Source: Vitrella brassicaformis CCMP3155 (taxonomy: Eukaryota; Protista; Chromerida). Taken from it: 64,000 nucleotides of DNA. The stretch is from positions 1 through 64,000 of the forward strand of contig CDMY01000400.1 in assembly GCA_001179505.1 (NCBI GenBank), read 5' to 3'. This document shows positions 12,018 to 23,999 of the stretch, in pieces. Position numbers and translations under genes: made by a program. The notes beneath the pieces are model-generated. The model searched no databases. It saw only the letters and a program-made list of their open reading frames with translations, and had not been told where the DNA came from. Each line of letters begins with the position of its first letter. Positions within the stretch are counted from its first letter, which is position 1.

Positions 12018-15000
12018 ATGGCGTCGAATTACGAAAACGCCACAACGTTCTCGTCTGACGTGAGTGCGGGCGTAGCTTGCTCGATGGTGTCCACCCTCCC
12101 CAGCGGGAGCCAGCCGATGATCCTCACTAGTGGACAGGCGGGGGATAGGCACGACAACAAGAAGCTGGATGACAAGGGCGTGAATGCCAACTCCGAGAAG
12201 CAGACCATTACGCTGCGGACGGAGGGCTTCCTCCAGACACTCGAGGAGAAGCCGACCCCCACCAAGCCGCACCAATTTGTCGCAGACTGCGCGAAGGAAT
12301 CGGTGAGGAGCAGGGGACGTGCGGGGCGGACGGGGGGTGGCCCGTCGGTGATGTGTGTGTGTGTGTGCTCTCAGATCAAGGAGGCGACTGTGAAGCGGTT
12401 CCTTCCTATAGTAGGGTTTGTGACCAAATATAAGACGAGCTTCCTCAGCGATGACATCACGGCAGGTGGGATTCACAGATCAGGCGAACACACAGGATCA
12501 CAACAGAAAGGAAGACATTGCTTTCGTGTGTGCCTGGTTGATGAATGTGACACAGGTATTGCTGAGGGCATCATGGCCATCCCTATGGGCATGTCGTACT
12601 CGCTGCTGGCCAACTTGCCGCCGGTGTACGGCCTCTACAACCAGCTGTTTCTCCCCCTCATCTACATGCTCTTCGGCACATTCCACCACGCGTCCATCGG
12701 GACCTCAGCCATCGAAGCCATCTTATGCGCTGAGGCCGTCGCAAATGTCATTGGGTGAGTCGATTGACGCCACACAACCGACCCATCAGCACAGAAACAG
12801 AACCAACACCTCTGTTTGTGTGTTCGTGTCATCCATCATCAGTTGGGACGCCCCGCTTACGGAGCGGGTGCCTGTGACGATCAGTTTGGCGGTGTGTGTG
12901 GGTGCGACTCACATGGTGCTGCGGCTGATGCGTGTGGGTGTGGTGGTGGACTTTATCGCTGACCCCGTCCTGGCGGGATTTTCCACCGGTAAGGGGGTCA
13001 GTCACGACGATCGATTAGCATGTCACGCGTGTGGGTGTGCGTTTTGCGTGCAGGCGCAGCGTTTCTGATCGCGACGTCTCAGCTGAAGGATCTGTTTGGG
13101 TTTCCGGTGCCGCGGACGGACTTTGAGGCCGAGCAGTGGTGGCACATCCTCACCAACCTCCCGCAGACCAACTGGACCGCATTCACCATGTGTAAGCCAC
13201 CTCCCCCTCAACCTGTCTCCCCGCCCCAAGCACCACAACACGGCACACACCCCATCCATGCACATCGATGGCTCACTGTCACTGTGAGTTGTCCGCTTTG
13301 TGTGTGGTTCAGGTGTGAGTGGGCTGATCATTCTCTTTCTCGTCAAGTGGGTCAACGCCCGCTACTTCAAGAAGTTCCCCTTGCCCGGGCAGCTGATTGT
13401 CATGGTACTCTTCACCTTGCTCACCTGGCTCTTCCAGCTCAACGAGGCCCCGTTCAACCTCAGGATCCTACGCGAGATACCCCAGGGCTTCCCCGTCCCC
13501 GATGTGCCGCACTTCCAGGGCCACTTTGTGCAGCTGTTTCGGCAGGCCATCCCATTGGCTGTCATGGTTTACGTCATACACATTTCCGTCGCCAAGACAG
13601 TCGGCAAGAAACACGGGTACGCGCACGAGAAGCCAGGGCAGCATTGTGTGGAAGAGATCGCAGATTCTTGTGTTGTATGGTGTGTCATTGTTCGTGTCTG
13701 CAGGTACCGCATTGATGCTGAGCAGGAGCTGGTGGCGTACGGCATGACCAATCTAGTAGGGTCCATGTTTCAGTGCTTCCCGGCGGGCAACGCCGTGTCT
13801 CGCGTGGGAGTAGTCTCGTCCGTGGGCGCCAAGACCATCCTGCACACCTTGCCCAACGTCGCTGTGGTGGCTCTCACGCTCTCTCTCATCACGCCGCTGC
13901 TCTTCTACCTGCCCTATGCTGCACTCGCATCCGTCGTCTTCTTTGGCACCTACGGTGAGCAGCGAATTCAGCCAAGACGCGGGTGGCCAGCACAGTCCAT
14001 CAATTTGCGTCTCTCTCCTGTCAGGCATGATCAATTTCCAGGAGGGACGTCGTCTGTGGAAGTTCAAGAACCCCGACTTCTACCTCTGGGCCACGTGCCT
14101 CCTCGTCACCGCCACACTCGGCGCGATGGAGGGCATCATCGTCGCCGTCGTCCTCTCTCTCATCTGGCTCCTCGGCAAGAGCGCCAGGCCAAACGCTACT
14201 GTACTCGGACGCCTTCCTGGCACTTCCAGCTACCATGAGGTGCGCGAGCAAAGACAGCAACGCACGGTGCTTGTTGTTCTCCCATCAAATACAGCGACAC
14301 ACGTTGGTTGTTGTTGTTCTCTCATCAGATTCACCGGTTCCCCACTGCGCGTGAGATCCCCGGTGTAAAGATCTTCCGCTTCGACGCCGACCTCAACTTT
14401 TCTAATGCGGAGTTCTTCGAGAGCAAGGTGCTGAGCGTGATCAAGCCCTCGGGCAGCAAACCGGACCGCGTCGACGAGGAGGAAGGTGGCGACGGGGAGG
14501 TGCCCACGCAAACGGTCATTGTGGACTGCAGCGGCATCAACTCCCTGGACGTCACGTCCATTGGCATGCTTGAGCGACTGGCTCAATGGTTCCAGGAGCA
14601 GAAGCTCGACTTACTCTTCGCTAACTGGAAGGGACCGATGAGAGACTTCCTGGGTACGTTGACGAGCCGAATGCACATGCATTGTCCATGATGTCCTCCA
14701 TGATGATTGTGTGCGTGTCGTTCGTTGCTCAGACCGTGCCGAGTTCTTCAAGGTGGTGCCGGCCGACCACTGCTTCCTCTCACTGCATGACGCCGTCATC
14801 TACTCAGCCGTGCGCCACACCGCCCACAAGCACGCCAAGATCGAGATTGACAGCTCCGCAGAGGCCCATCTACACATCCTCTCGCCCCACCCCTCGCCCC
14901 GCGCCTCGGCCCGCCGCCTCTCGAGCGTCGACTCCAAGAGCGACGCCGCACTCGATGAGCCCGACAGTGAAATGGTTGTCGAGGGCCCGACAGACGCCGA

Positions 15001-15244
15001 GAAGACAAGCGAGGCGTCGAGGCCGGACTCGCCCCATCCGCTCAACGTCGTCGGTCGGCAGATGGATGCCGACCGGCAGTCTTCGGGCGCTGTGGGTGCG
15101 CTGTTGTGGGGTGTGCACATGGACGACGACGAGGAGGCGGGCGTGCTGTGGGACGGCCATATGGAATGGGCACAGAACGTCAGGGAGGTTAACCAGGCGG
15201 GGACCGAGAAGACCTGGGGTATCGTCAGCATGACGCACCCGTGA
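12018..15244 (+). CDS. SLC26/SulP anion (sulfate/bicarbonate) transporter with STAS domain
   Basis: Multi-exon. DDITAG|IAEGIMAIPMGMSYSLLANLPPVYGLY (SLC26 signature), PVLAGFSTG, QELVAYGMTNLVGSMFQCFPAGNAVSR, and STAS IFRFDADLNFSNAEFF...VIVDCSGINSLDVTSIGML. Confidence 0.95.
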
Positions 15245-16522
15245 GACAATGAGGCCCATATGGGTGGGTGGTGCGGTGGTTGTGTTGCATGTCGCATGGT
15301 ATCGCATTTATTCTCACTTGTCTCTCTGCACGTGCCGTCCACTGACATGTGTTTTCTCCACCTAGCCCGCTTGTAGGCGCTGGTACTGCTCACCTATCTA
15401 CCACTCGAATGGCACCTCGTTCACGTGTCGTTCGATTAGTGCCGTAGGTCCGTTTGTATGGAGAAGTTGGGGGGCTTTTTCTCTCTGGTCGCCTTTTGTT
15501 TGTCTTCTCGTTCGTTGTGTGATGTGTGCTTGTGTGTGTGCCTGCAATTGTGTGTATAGTGAGCTGGCTTGCCTGCCGTGCTGTATGTGCGTGTGATGCG
15601 TCCGTCTGCACTAGATGCTCGACTGGCGTCCGTCTGGTGTGGTGGGTGGGTCCTGTCCTCTGCCTGTCAGTGTATTTATTGTCTTATGTGAGTGAGTGAC
15701 CATTGTGCGACTGACTCAATCGTGTGGATAACACCGTGGGGCCGGCCGGTCCATTCGTGGGTTGCGTGTGCGTGCTCGTGTTGCCTGGACTCAGTCTGAG
15801 AGAAGCACAGATGCCACTCCAACAAACAGACCTTCAATCATTCTGTTCAAACTTAGAGACGTGAAGAATGGCGTACATGACATGTCTCGCGCTATCTTCC
15901 CGTCAGCGACGACTGGGCGTGTGCAGCACCCAATGACAGGCACCCAATAGTCAGTCACACGTCTGTCTGTCTGTCTGTCTGTCTGTCTTCGTGGCTGTCA
16001 GGGTACACACATTGTCATTTACTCAACACACATAGACACAGCGAGGCAGACAGGCAGGTAGGCAGCTCCAGGTTGGAAAGAAAAAATAACAAGTGTCGGG
16101 CCTTCCCACACACAAACGCACATACACAGTCATGCACACAGGGACCTATGCAGTAGGGCAGGATACCGACACACACATTTGACGATCAGGTCTAAGATCC
16201 CTCCTGTCGAGTTGCCGGCTGACCACAGCTCTTCATTCGTTCAGCCATCATCTATTCACAGCAAATTGAGCGGTTCTGTGGGATTCCCGCGGTGCGGCTT
16301 AGGCAAATCCCTCCGTAAAACCCCGCCGCGAGGGAGGGAGGGAGGGAGGGAGGGAGGGAGAAATGGTTTGAAATGGTTGTCCCCTCTCCATCTATCCCTC
16401 CCTCCATCCATCTATATCTCTTCTCCCGTCCTCCAAAATCATCCCCTGCTTTGACTCTGAGCGACTCCTGCCTCGACTCTCTTCATCTATCAACAGCCGC
16501 CTACTTGCAATTGCCCGCGTCC

Positions 16523-17951
16523 ATGGCTCTCTTCTCGCGCCTAACGCTCTTAGCCCTCGCCGCTCTCCTGGTGGCGGCGTGGATGCCCTCTGCCACCATG
16601 GCCAGCACAGCTGCTGCTCCCACTGCACGTCCTCTTGATGAAGCTGAAAATGGCCTGACGACTCTGGACGAGCTCGAGGTGCCTGACGAGGACGAAGAGG
16701 AAACGTTCGATGCCGACGAATACGAGGATGATGAGAACGAGGATGAGGACGAGACTGACGACGACGAGCTCGATGAGGACGAAGATGAGGATGAGGATGG
16801 GCCTCTGACGTCGGGCAACCTGACGTCTGGCAACCTGCGTGCCCTGCGTAAGCAACCGACCACATGCAATGCACCTATCCACGGCTGCCGGATGGCCATC
16901 ACCCCTGCCCTTCCCTTTGTGTTGTGTGGCGTGGTGTGCAGGCGCCCGTCCCAGTTACTGCTCATACTGTGGCCCTGGCTACCACTGCGGGGGCGGAGGA
17001 TGTAAGGAATGAGACAGACAGAGATGCACACCGGTCGCACTCGTCACTGTGTGTGTGCTTTCAGGCATTCCCGACTGCCCAAGGTGCCCACCTGGCTACC
17101 GCTGCTGGCGCGGCCGATGTAGGGAATGAGACAGACAGAGATACACACCGGGCGCTCGTCAACGTATGTGTGCTTTCAGGCATTCCCGACTGCCCAGTGT
17201 GCCCACCTGGCTGCCGCTGCATTCGCGGCCAATGTAAGGAATGAGACAGACAGAGATACACCGGGCGCTCGTCAACGTATGTGTGCTTTCAGGCGTTCCC
17301 ATCTGCCCAGTGTGCCCACCTGGCTACCGCTGCATTCGCGGCCAATGTAAGGAAGGAGACAGACAGAGATACACCCCGGTTGCTCGTCAACGTATGTGTG
17401 CTTTCAGGCATTCGAATCTGCCCAGTGTGCCCACCTGGCTACCGTTGCTGGCGCGGCCAATGTAAGGAATGAGACAGACAGAGATACACCCCGGTTGCTC
17501 GTCAACGTATGTGTGCTTTCAGGCATTCGAATCTGCCCAGTGTGCCCACCTGGCTACCGTTGCTGGCGCGGCCAATGTAAGGAATGAGACAGACAGAGAT
17601 ACACACCGGGCGCTCGTCAATGTATGTGTGCTTTCAGGCATTCGGGTCTGCCACTGCCCGCATGGCTGGGGCTGCAGACGCGGCAGTTGTAAGTGACGAG
17701 ACAGACAGCGGTGTCGTAGCCACGGGGTAGTCAGTCAGACGACGAGTCGACGTGTTGCTGCGTGTTGCTTTCAGGCTATCCCCCTACCTGCCCCCCTGGC
17801 CACGACTTCTTCAACGGCGGTTGTAAGTGATGAGACCACACAGAAAGACAGCCAGACAGACAGACACTACACAAAAACGACGTGACACGTCAACACATGT
17901 GCCCACCGCAAATCCCTGTGATGCTTGTGTCTTTCAGGCCAGAGACGCTGA
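16523..17951 (+). CDS. Secreted prepro-peptide with acidic pro-region and tandem 4-Cys modules encoded by micro-exons
   Basis: Ten exons: 16523-16847, 16942-17001, 17065-17118, 17180-17233, 17293-17346, 17408-17461, 17523-17576, 17638-17688, 17775-17822, 17938-17951; all introns phase 1 GT-AG. Product: MALFSRLTLL signal peptide, D/E tract, NLRALR, ARPSYCSYCGPGYHCGGGG, five modules of the CIPDCPVCPPGYRCWRGQ type, CIRVCHCPHGWGCRRGS, CYPPTCPPGHDFFNGG, CQRR*. Confidence 0.85.
17002..17690 (+). repeat. Tandem ~115-bp exon+intron repeat (about 6 units)
   Basis: Exon starts at 17065, 17180, 17293, 17408, 17523 and 17638 (spacing 115, 113, 115, 115, 115). Introns are nearly identical (gtaaggaatgagacagacagagatacac...gtatgtgtgctttcag). 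Confidence 0.95.
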
Positions 17952-18049
17952 CTGCACTCGTCTGCCGCCGTGATGCGTGCGCCGCTATTCTTTGATTAAG
18001 TCTACGGATGTGTGACCCACTGTTCTTTTATTAAGTCCATAAATGGATA

Positions 18050-18830
18050 CATGTGCGCGCGTGTTGCGTGTTGCGTGTGCATGTGTGTGTAAAAAGAGAG
18101 CTGGCCTGCCTCTGTACGTGTTGTGCGTCTGCACTGCATAGTCTGTTGGCGTCTGGAGCGGTGTGTGCTGTCAATTGCCTGTCAGTGTACTGGGTTATGT
18201 GTTGACTTTGCCATGGAAATAGACACGCGGGTGGGGGAGGGGGGAAGGGAACAGGGGCTGGGGAACACCGGGTTCATATCATGGGTGTGGTGTGCTTGTG
18301 TGCTGTCTGGACTGAGAGAGGGGTGGATGTTGCCTGATGTGGGTGTGGGTGTGGATGCGGTGGGCATGGCATCCTGGCCATCACATGCATACCCACACAT
18401 TCGTCACATACGGTCATTTGTCTGTCACTCACGTGTGTGTTGGTAGTGCCCTGTGTGTATGTCTGTCTGTCTGTCTGTCTGCAAAGTTCGCAGTGCACCT
18501 GTGCCCTTTGTTGTACATTCGTAGTGGATTTGTTGCGTGTGGGAGGGCCGTAGTGAGTTTCTCTTCATCGCATGACTGACACGCTGGGGGGACACCTGGG
18601 GGACACGAAGGAACGGACACTTACCATGAATCGTCACCACAAACACCTGACGGCCTCGATTGCCACGTGAATCTGTGAACCGACAAAAGCTCAACAAAGT
18701 GTCCCTCACCCCATCTCTCCCGTCCCAGCCCCTGCCCTCCCCTGCACAAAGAAAGAGCGAGCGAAACACACATCGGCCAAGGGAACGCACAGGTGCCTGA
18801 TTCCATGGTGTGAGACAGTGGTGGAGCACC
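18050..18830 (+). repeat. Non-coding 3' flank duplicated in inverted orientation at ~29620-30390
   Basis: Long shared blocks, e.g. ctcttcatcgcatgactgacacgctgggg, accatgaatcgtcaccacaaa and tgattccatggtgtgagacagtggtggag, occur as reverse complements at 29.6-30.4 kb. Confidence 0.9.
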
Positions 18831-19811
18831 TGTGCTCTCCTCAGAGCACTGGAAGCATTTGCAGTGAAACAGCGAGTCAATAACCATGATCAGACAAGCA
18901 GGCGGCTGCCCGGCCTTCCTCTCCCTCTCCTCTCGAGCTCTTTTTAGCCTTGCATTGCATCACTCATTCGCCATTGAATCACTCATTCGCCTCGCCCAAG
19001 CCTTGCTCTCCTCATCCTCGCCGCCGGCCGGGTTGCCTTTTTTTTTTCTCTTTTTTCCGGCCCAAGCTCAACCGTGTGAAACACGGGTCGGATAAATGGG
19101 AAACGGATAAATGGAAAAAATGCTCAAATGGGAGCCGTGTCCCACTTATCCGACCCTCACAGTTCCGACCCTCACAGTAAGCCCGATCGATCACACTGCA
19201 GGGCCCCCTTTTTAATACAGTGGGTTCATACATCTTTTTAATTGATGTCCCACAGTAATAATGACACCAGTCTCGACGGTGGAAATGCCAACGAGGGATG
19301 AACGAGTGTTTGACAGCACCGAATGACAAAGGCATTCGTTCAATCAGTAACGCAGCTGTCTGTCTTCCTGTCAGTCTGTCAGGCTACACACGCTCTCATT
19401 TACTCAAGACACATAGACACAGCGAGGCAAGCAGGGAGGTCAGAAAGAAAGATCACAGATAGGTGACAGGCAGGCTCGACTCGCCGACACACATACGCGC
19501 GCACACAGAGAGAGCCGACATACGGCGCCCGATGTCGGGCAGACAGACAGACAAGCACCAGCGGATGAGTCGAAACAATCATGATCACTCACTCACTTGA
19601 ACAAATAAACAAGCAAACAAACAAACAAACAAACACACTGACACACACACGGATAGAGAGACACAGAGACAGAGCAAGGGCGCAGATACACACTCCCGTC
19701 ACACACGGCGGACACACACACCACAACAAATTGAGCGGATCGGTTGGATTCCCGCTTATGTATACTATGTCTGTACATAACTGTCCTGCCGAAAAACGCT
19801 AACTGCTTCAC

Positions 19812-20076
19812 GGCCAGCGCGCCGGACGGCCTGGTTTTTGGCGAGGAGACGAATCATTCACTTCCTGACATTTAAAGCGTAGGGATTTTTGAGAGAATGT
19901 CTCGGTGTCGCTGTAGGGCTTGACGCATCCTGCGTATGCATATATGAGCCGGCTGCACATTTCGTCAAGCCCTACAGCGACACCGAGACATTCTCTCAAA
20001 AATCCCTACGCTTTAAATGTCAGGAAGTGAATGATTCGTCTCCTCGCCAAAAACCAGGCCGTCCGGCGCGCTGGCC
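19812..20076. mobile_element. Foldback/MITE-like element: perfect 114-bp inverted repeat with a 37-nt spacer
   Basis: 19812-19925 is the exact reverse complement of 19963-20076 (GGCCAGCGCG...CTTGACG / CGTCAAG...CGCGCTGGCC). GGCC termini; no obvious target-site duplication; non-coding. Confidence 0.75.
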
Positions 20077-20922
20077 CCCCAGTAGAGCATGGTCACGTAT
20101 AACTACTCCTCTGTCCCTCACCCCAATGTAGCCCTCGGGCACATCGTCTGCATCGGTGGACTGACGGCATCCGAGGATGTCGTCAGTGCTCAACGGCCAA
20201 CAACCGCCCGACGATGACCTGCCCAACGACAGGTCCCTGCCGACAGCCATTCTCGCATTATAACGAGGCACAAGCCCCCCAGAACACGGAGCCATCGGTC
20301 CCCCCAAATCTGAGACGCCACTAGGACATCCTGGCTCTTTCGATCGATCTCTATCTTGGTCGCATTCTCGTAGTGGCCCGCCAGGGAGAAGAACCACACG
20401 TCACTGTCGTACCCGTGCCACCTCGGCATCATGCCGGTGCCATCGAAGGCGGGCAGCCTGATGCTCTCACTGATGAAGGCGCCGAACACGTACTGGGCGT
20501 TGCGGATGACAATCACCACGTTGGGCTTGTTCTCAACACAAGTCAGCATATCGCCATATCGAGTACCGTCCCAAGGGGACCTGCATAACACACACACAGA
20601 GGACAGACAGTCGCTGCGGATGCTCTCGTGCGCACGCACAAGTATGCCTGCATGTGTGAGTAAGCGAACCTGTAGAGCATTGTGAGTGTTGTGTCATTGC
20701 CCAGCAGATGCAGACGACGGACCTGCACACAAAGCAAAGCAACAGACAGACAGACAGACAGGCTGATGATACGTGTGTGTGCGTGTGGTACAGACATACA
20801 TGCTACCACACCGGTGTTGTGTCTGTGGGCGACGTGAAGGCATCGCAGAGAGACAGCCAGCATCATGCCACGCAGAGTGTGACGGTGAAGGCCAGCAGCA
20901 TCATGCCACGCAGAGCCACCAT
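20077..20922 (-). pseudogene. TLDc-domain pseudogene
   Basis: LLGNDTTLTMLYR|SPWDGTRYGDML...YVFGAFIS...DVWFFSLAGHY, then a frameshift to ...EGYIGVR...ALLGG, cut off by the hairpin before the F-x-A-D-E-x-E end. A 20-nt direct repeat (20858-20877 / 20896-20915) gives a premature TGA at 20863-20865 in exon 1. Confidence 0.8.
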
Positions 20923-21218
20923 TGTGCGCACGTGGAGGGAACGAGGACACTGACAGAGATCTGGCCGCGACACCGGAAGACTATAAAAGGCACGCGGACG
21001 AGGGAAGGATAAGATTTGCGGACCGATGCTGCGTCCTCACTCCGGTCCCTAACCCACGGCGAGAAACCTATCGAGTCTATCCCTCTAGTAAGATCTCGTC
21101 CTCGTCTCACCTTATCGGCTGGCAAGCGGCCTCTGACTGACCCCAACAAACATCGCTCTCTGTCCTCCTCTTCACCTCTCTGTCCAGTCCTCTTCCCTCA
21201 TCTCTTCCCCTTCCCCGG

Positions 21219-22062
21219 ATGGCGACTGTTCTCATGATGATGATTCTCTGTGTGGTGTCGACCATGGTCGGCACAGAGGCAAGACCCGCACAACAGGTAT
21301 GTCACACACACACACACCGTGACCTATCCACCCACTCATCTAATGCTCTGGTGTCAATGGCTACCTTTGTTCTGTTCAGGTCCGTTTGCGCGGCCTGCAG
21401 GTGTCCCCTCCTGGCAACACGTCGCTGTCTGCGTCAGAATATGAGGCGCTGCTCGCTTCGATGGGGGGCGACACCACTACACAAGTCACCTCACTCTACC
21501 GGTAGACACACACGTCATGCCAACAGGCTGGGATCATCTGACAGGTAATAAGCACATTCCATCTGTGTGTGCGTGCTGAAGGACGTCTGTGGACGGCACC
21601 ACCTATGGCGACCTGCTGGACAATGTGGGCGACGCGAAGCCTCTCGTGGTGGTGGTCAGGAAGGACAAGTATGTCTTCGGCGTCTACGTCAGTGCCGGCA
21701 TCCAGCTGCCCGACGACCCGACCAGCGAGCATTGGTACGGCAGTGATGTGTGGTGGTTCTCACTGGCCGGCCACTTCCCCCAACCGACCAAAATAGACAT
21801 ACCACCATGGGAGCAGTGGATGCGGGTGGCGGGGAGGAAGGCGAATGCAGTGGAGGCGAATATGTACATCGGTAGGTATCTGGTGTTAGGTGAGCAGCGA
21901 GGCTGGCCAGCCGCCGGCATCCGCAGCTGTGAACAGTACACCGACAGCGACTATCTGCCTGAGGGCTACACGGGAGTGAGGGGTGAGTTTGCCGATGCTC
22001 TGATGGGCGGGTCTCGTAACTTTATGGCCGATGAAATAGAGGTGCTGCGTGTGGTGCAGTAG
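21219..22062 (+). CDS. Secreted TLDc-domain protein
   Basis: Exon 1 (21219-21296) encodes a signal peptide; exon 2 starts at 21380 (VRLRGLQVSPPGNTSLSASEYEALL...LYR); exon 3 (21582-22062) reads TSVDGTTYGDLLDNVGDAKPLVVVVRKDKYVFGVY...WWFSLAGHF...GGSRNFMADEIEVL. Confidence 0.9.
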
Positions 22063-23604
22063 TCAAGGGACGCAGGAAGGGAGGAGGGAGATGTGCGTTG
22101 CCCTCTATGGTGCTGTGTACTGACATAAATAGGTGCCATCCATTTGTCTGTGCCTCCTCTCTGCGCCCTCGTCTGTCTGTCTGTCTGCCTCCACGCCTGA
22201 GTGCAGCTGATCTGCCAGCACACTGCTGGTGCCCCTGTGTGTGTGTATTGGTGTGTTTGTTTGTTGAAGTGAGTGTGTGTGCGGTGGCTGGACTGACTGT
22301 AATGACTACGTGGCTGTGGCTGCGTGCGTGTTTGCCGTCCCTGCCCTGATGTGTTTCTGCGAATGTGTGTGTGCACGAATGACAGCTTCCATGCTCTCAA
22401 CCAACCTATGCATGTACATGCATGACAGAGTCCCTCCGGGGTTGCAGACACGAGTCTCGTGAGACACAATAACCAATCAACCATCTCAGATATATAGCCC
22501 TTTGCTGTACATACGTGTCGGCAGGTCCAGTGGTTTGATCCGTGTCTCCACAGCGTACTGTATTATTCTCTGCTTGCTTGTCTGCTCTGCCGCCCTTCTT
22601 GTCTCTGACGTGTCATGCATGTCCAGCCCACATCAGAGCTGTTGTGACCGACCGATGGACAATGGACACTCACGGCTGACTGACACAGATGCGATGTGCG
22701 GATGTTTAGCTGATGTGATCAAAAACACCTCTAACATGAAGCTGTAGGCTGCCCTAGGCGGTGTAGTTGTGTTCCCGCGTGTCTCTGTCATTTCACGATG
22801 TGTGACGTGACAGTGTCTGTCTGTCTCTGTGTCTGGGTTGCCGGTGTATTGCAATCCTCTCCACACGTTCGTTCATCGAATGATTCTAGACACCACACCA
22901 CACCACACCATGCCACACGACACCATGTGTCACACAGTGGCGGATGGATCACACAGTAAGTAACTAACTGGTTGATGCAATCAATGTCGTGTCGCGTGAT
23001 TTGAGTCTGACTTGCTCGCCGACACAGTTTGTTCATTCATCGCCGTTGCAACATCTCATCTGTCAGTCAATGCATCAATCCTCCTCAAAGAAAATGTCCC
23101 TCCCCCTCCCTCCCCATGAACTATATATGATACACACCGCACCCACTCATCAAGTCTTTTCACCAAAGAAAGAAAAGGCATGATTTAATTTGCGGATGGC
23201 TGAATGCAATGCATTTAGCCGCCCGATCGCCCGACCGACCGACCACTCAGTCAGTCAGTCGCCTCCTTTTGGCGCGGCGCACTTTTCTGCTCAGCTCATT
23301 GGGCGGAGGGGGCGCATCACTCACAGCCACACACATCAAATCACGCGCACTGAGCTCTCACAACACGTCACACGAAGACATACAGACCGACCAACACCAC
23401 ACACACACACACACACGTTCGTCGTACCAACTATTGGATGGCCAAGATCAGGCTAACACGCAATGCCAAACCCCACTCGACAACCGCCGAGGGAGCGCAT
23501 CAGTGCAAAGCGCAAGAAGTCACTTGCCACAAACAAATCACAGACAAAGTACAGACACTACTGGCAGTCCTCATGAACCACCCGTCGCCAACCCCCCCCC
23601 CCCC

Positions 23605-23904
23605 NNNNNNNNNNNNNNNNNNNNNNNNNNNNNNNNNNNNNNNNNNNNNNNNNNNNNNNNNNNNNNNNNNNNNNNNNNNNNNNNNNNNNNNNNNNNNNNN
23701 NNNNNNNNNNNNNNNNNNNNNNNNNNNNNNNNNNNNNNNNNNNNNNNNNNNNNNNNNNNNNNNNNNNNNNNNNNNNNNNNNNNNNNNNNNNNNNNNNNNN
23801 NNNNNNNNNNNNNNNNNNNNNNNNNNNNNNNNNNNNNNNNNNNNNNNNNNNNNNNNNNNNNNNNNNNNNNNNNNNNNNNNNNNNNNNNNNNNNNNNNNNN
23901 NNNN
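23605..23904. other. Assembly gap (300 N); others at 24871-25170, 33545-33844, 35241-35540, 49711-50010, 55280-55579 and 63449-63748
   Basis: Fixed-length N runs, several flanked by poly-C or poly-G tracts. Confidence 1.
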
Positions 23905-23999
23905 CCCGGGCCCCACCAGAACAGTCACACACACACACACACACACACAAACTCAGACCTACATTCAGCGACAGAGCAGCGACAAACATGTCGGTGTGT

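Noticed and set aside
17002-17690. CRISPR-like repeat-spacer array
   Set aside because: Eukaryotic context; the units are exon+intron repeats with splice signals and similar, not unique, spacers; no cas genes.
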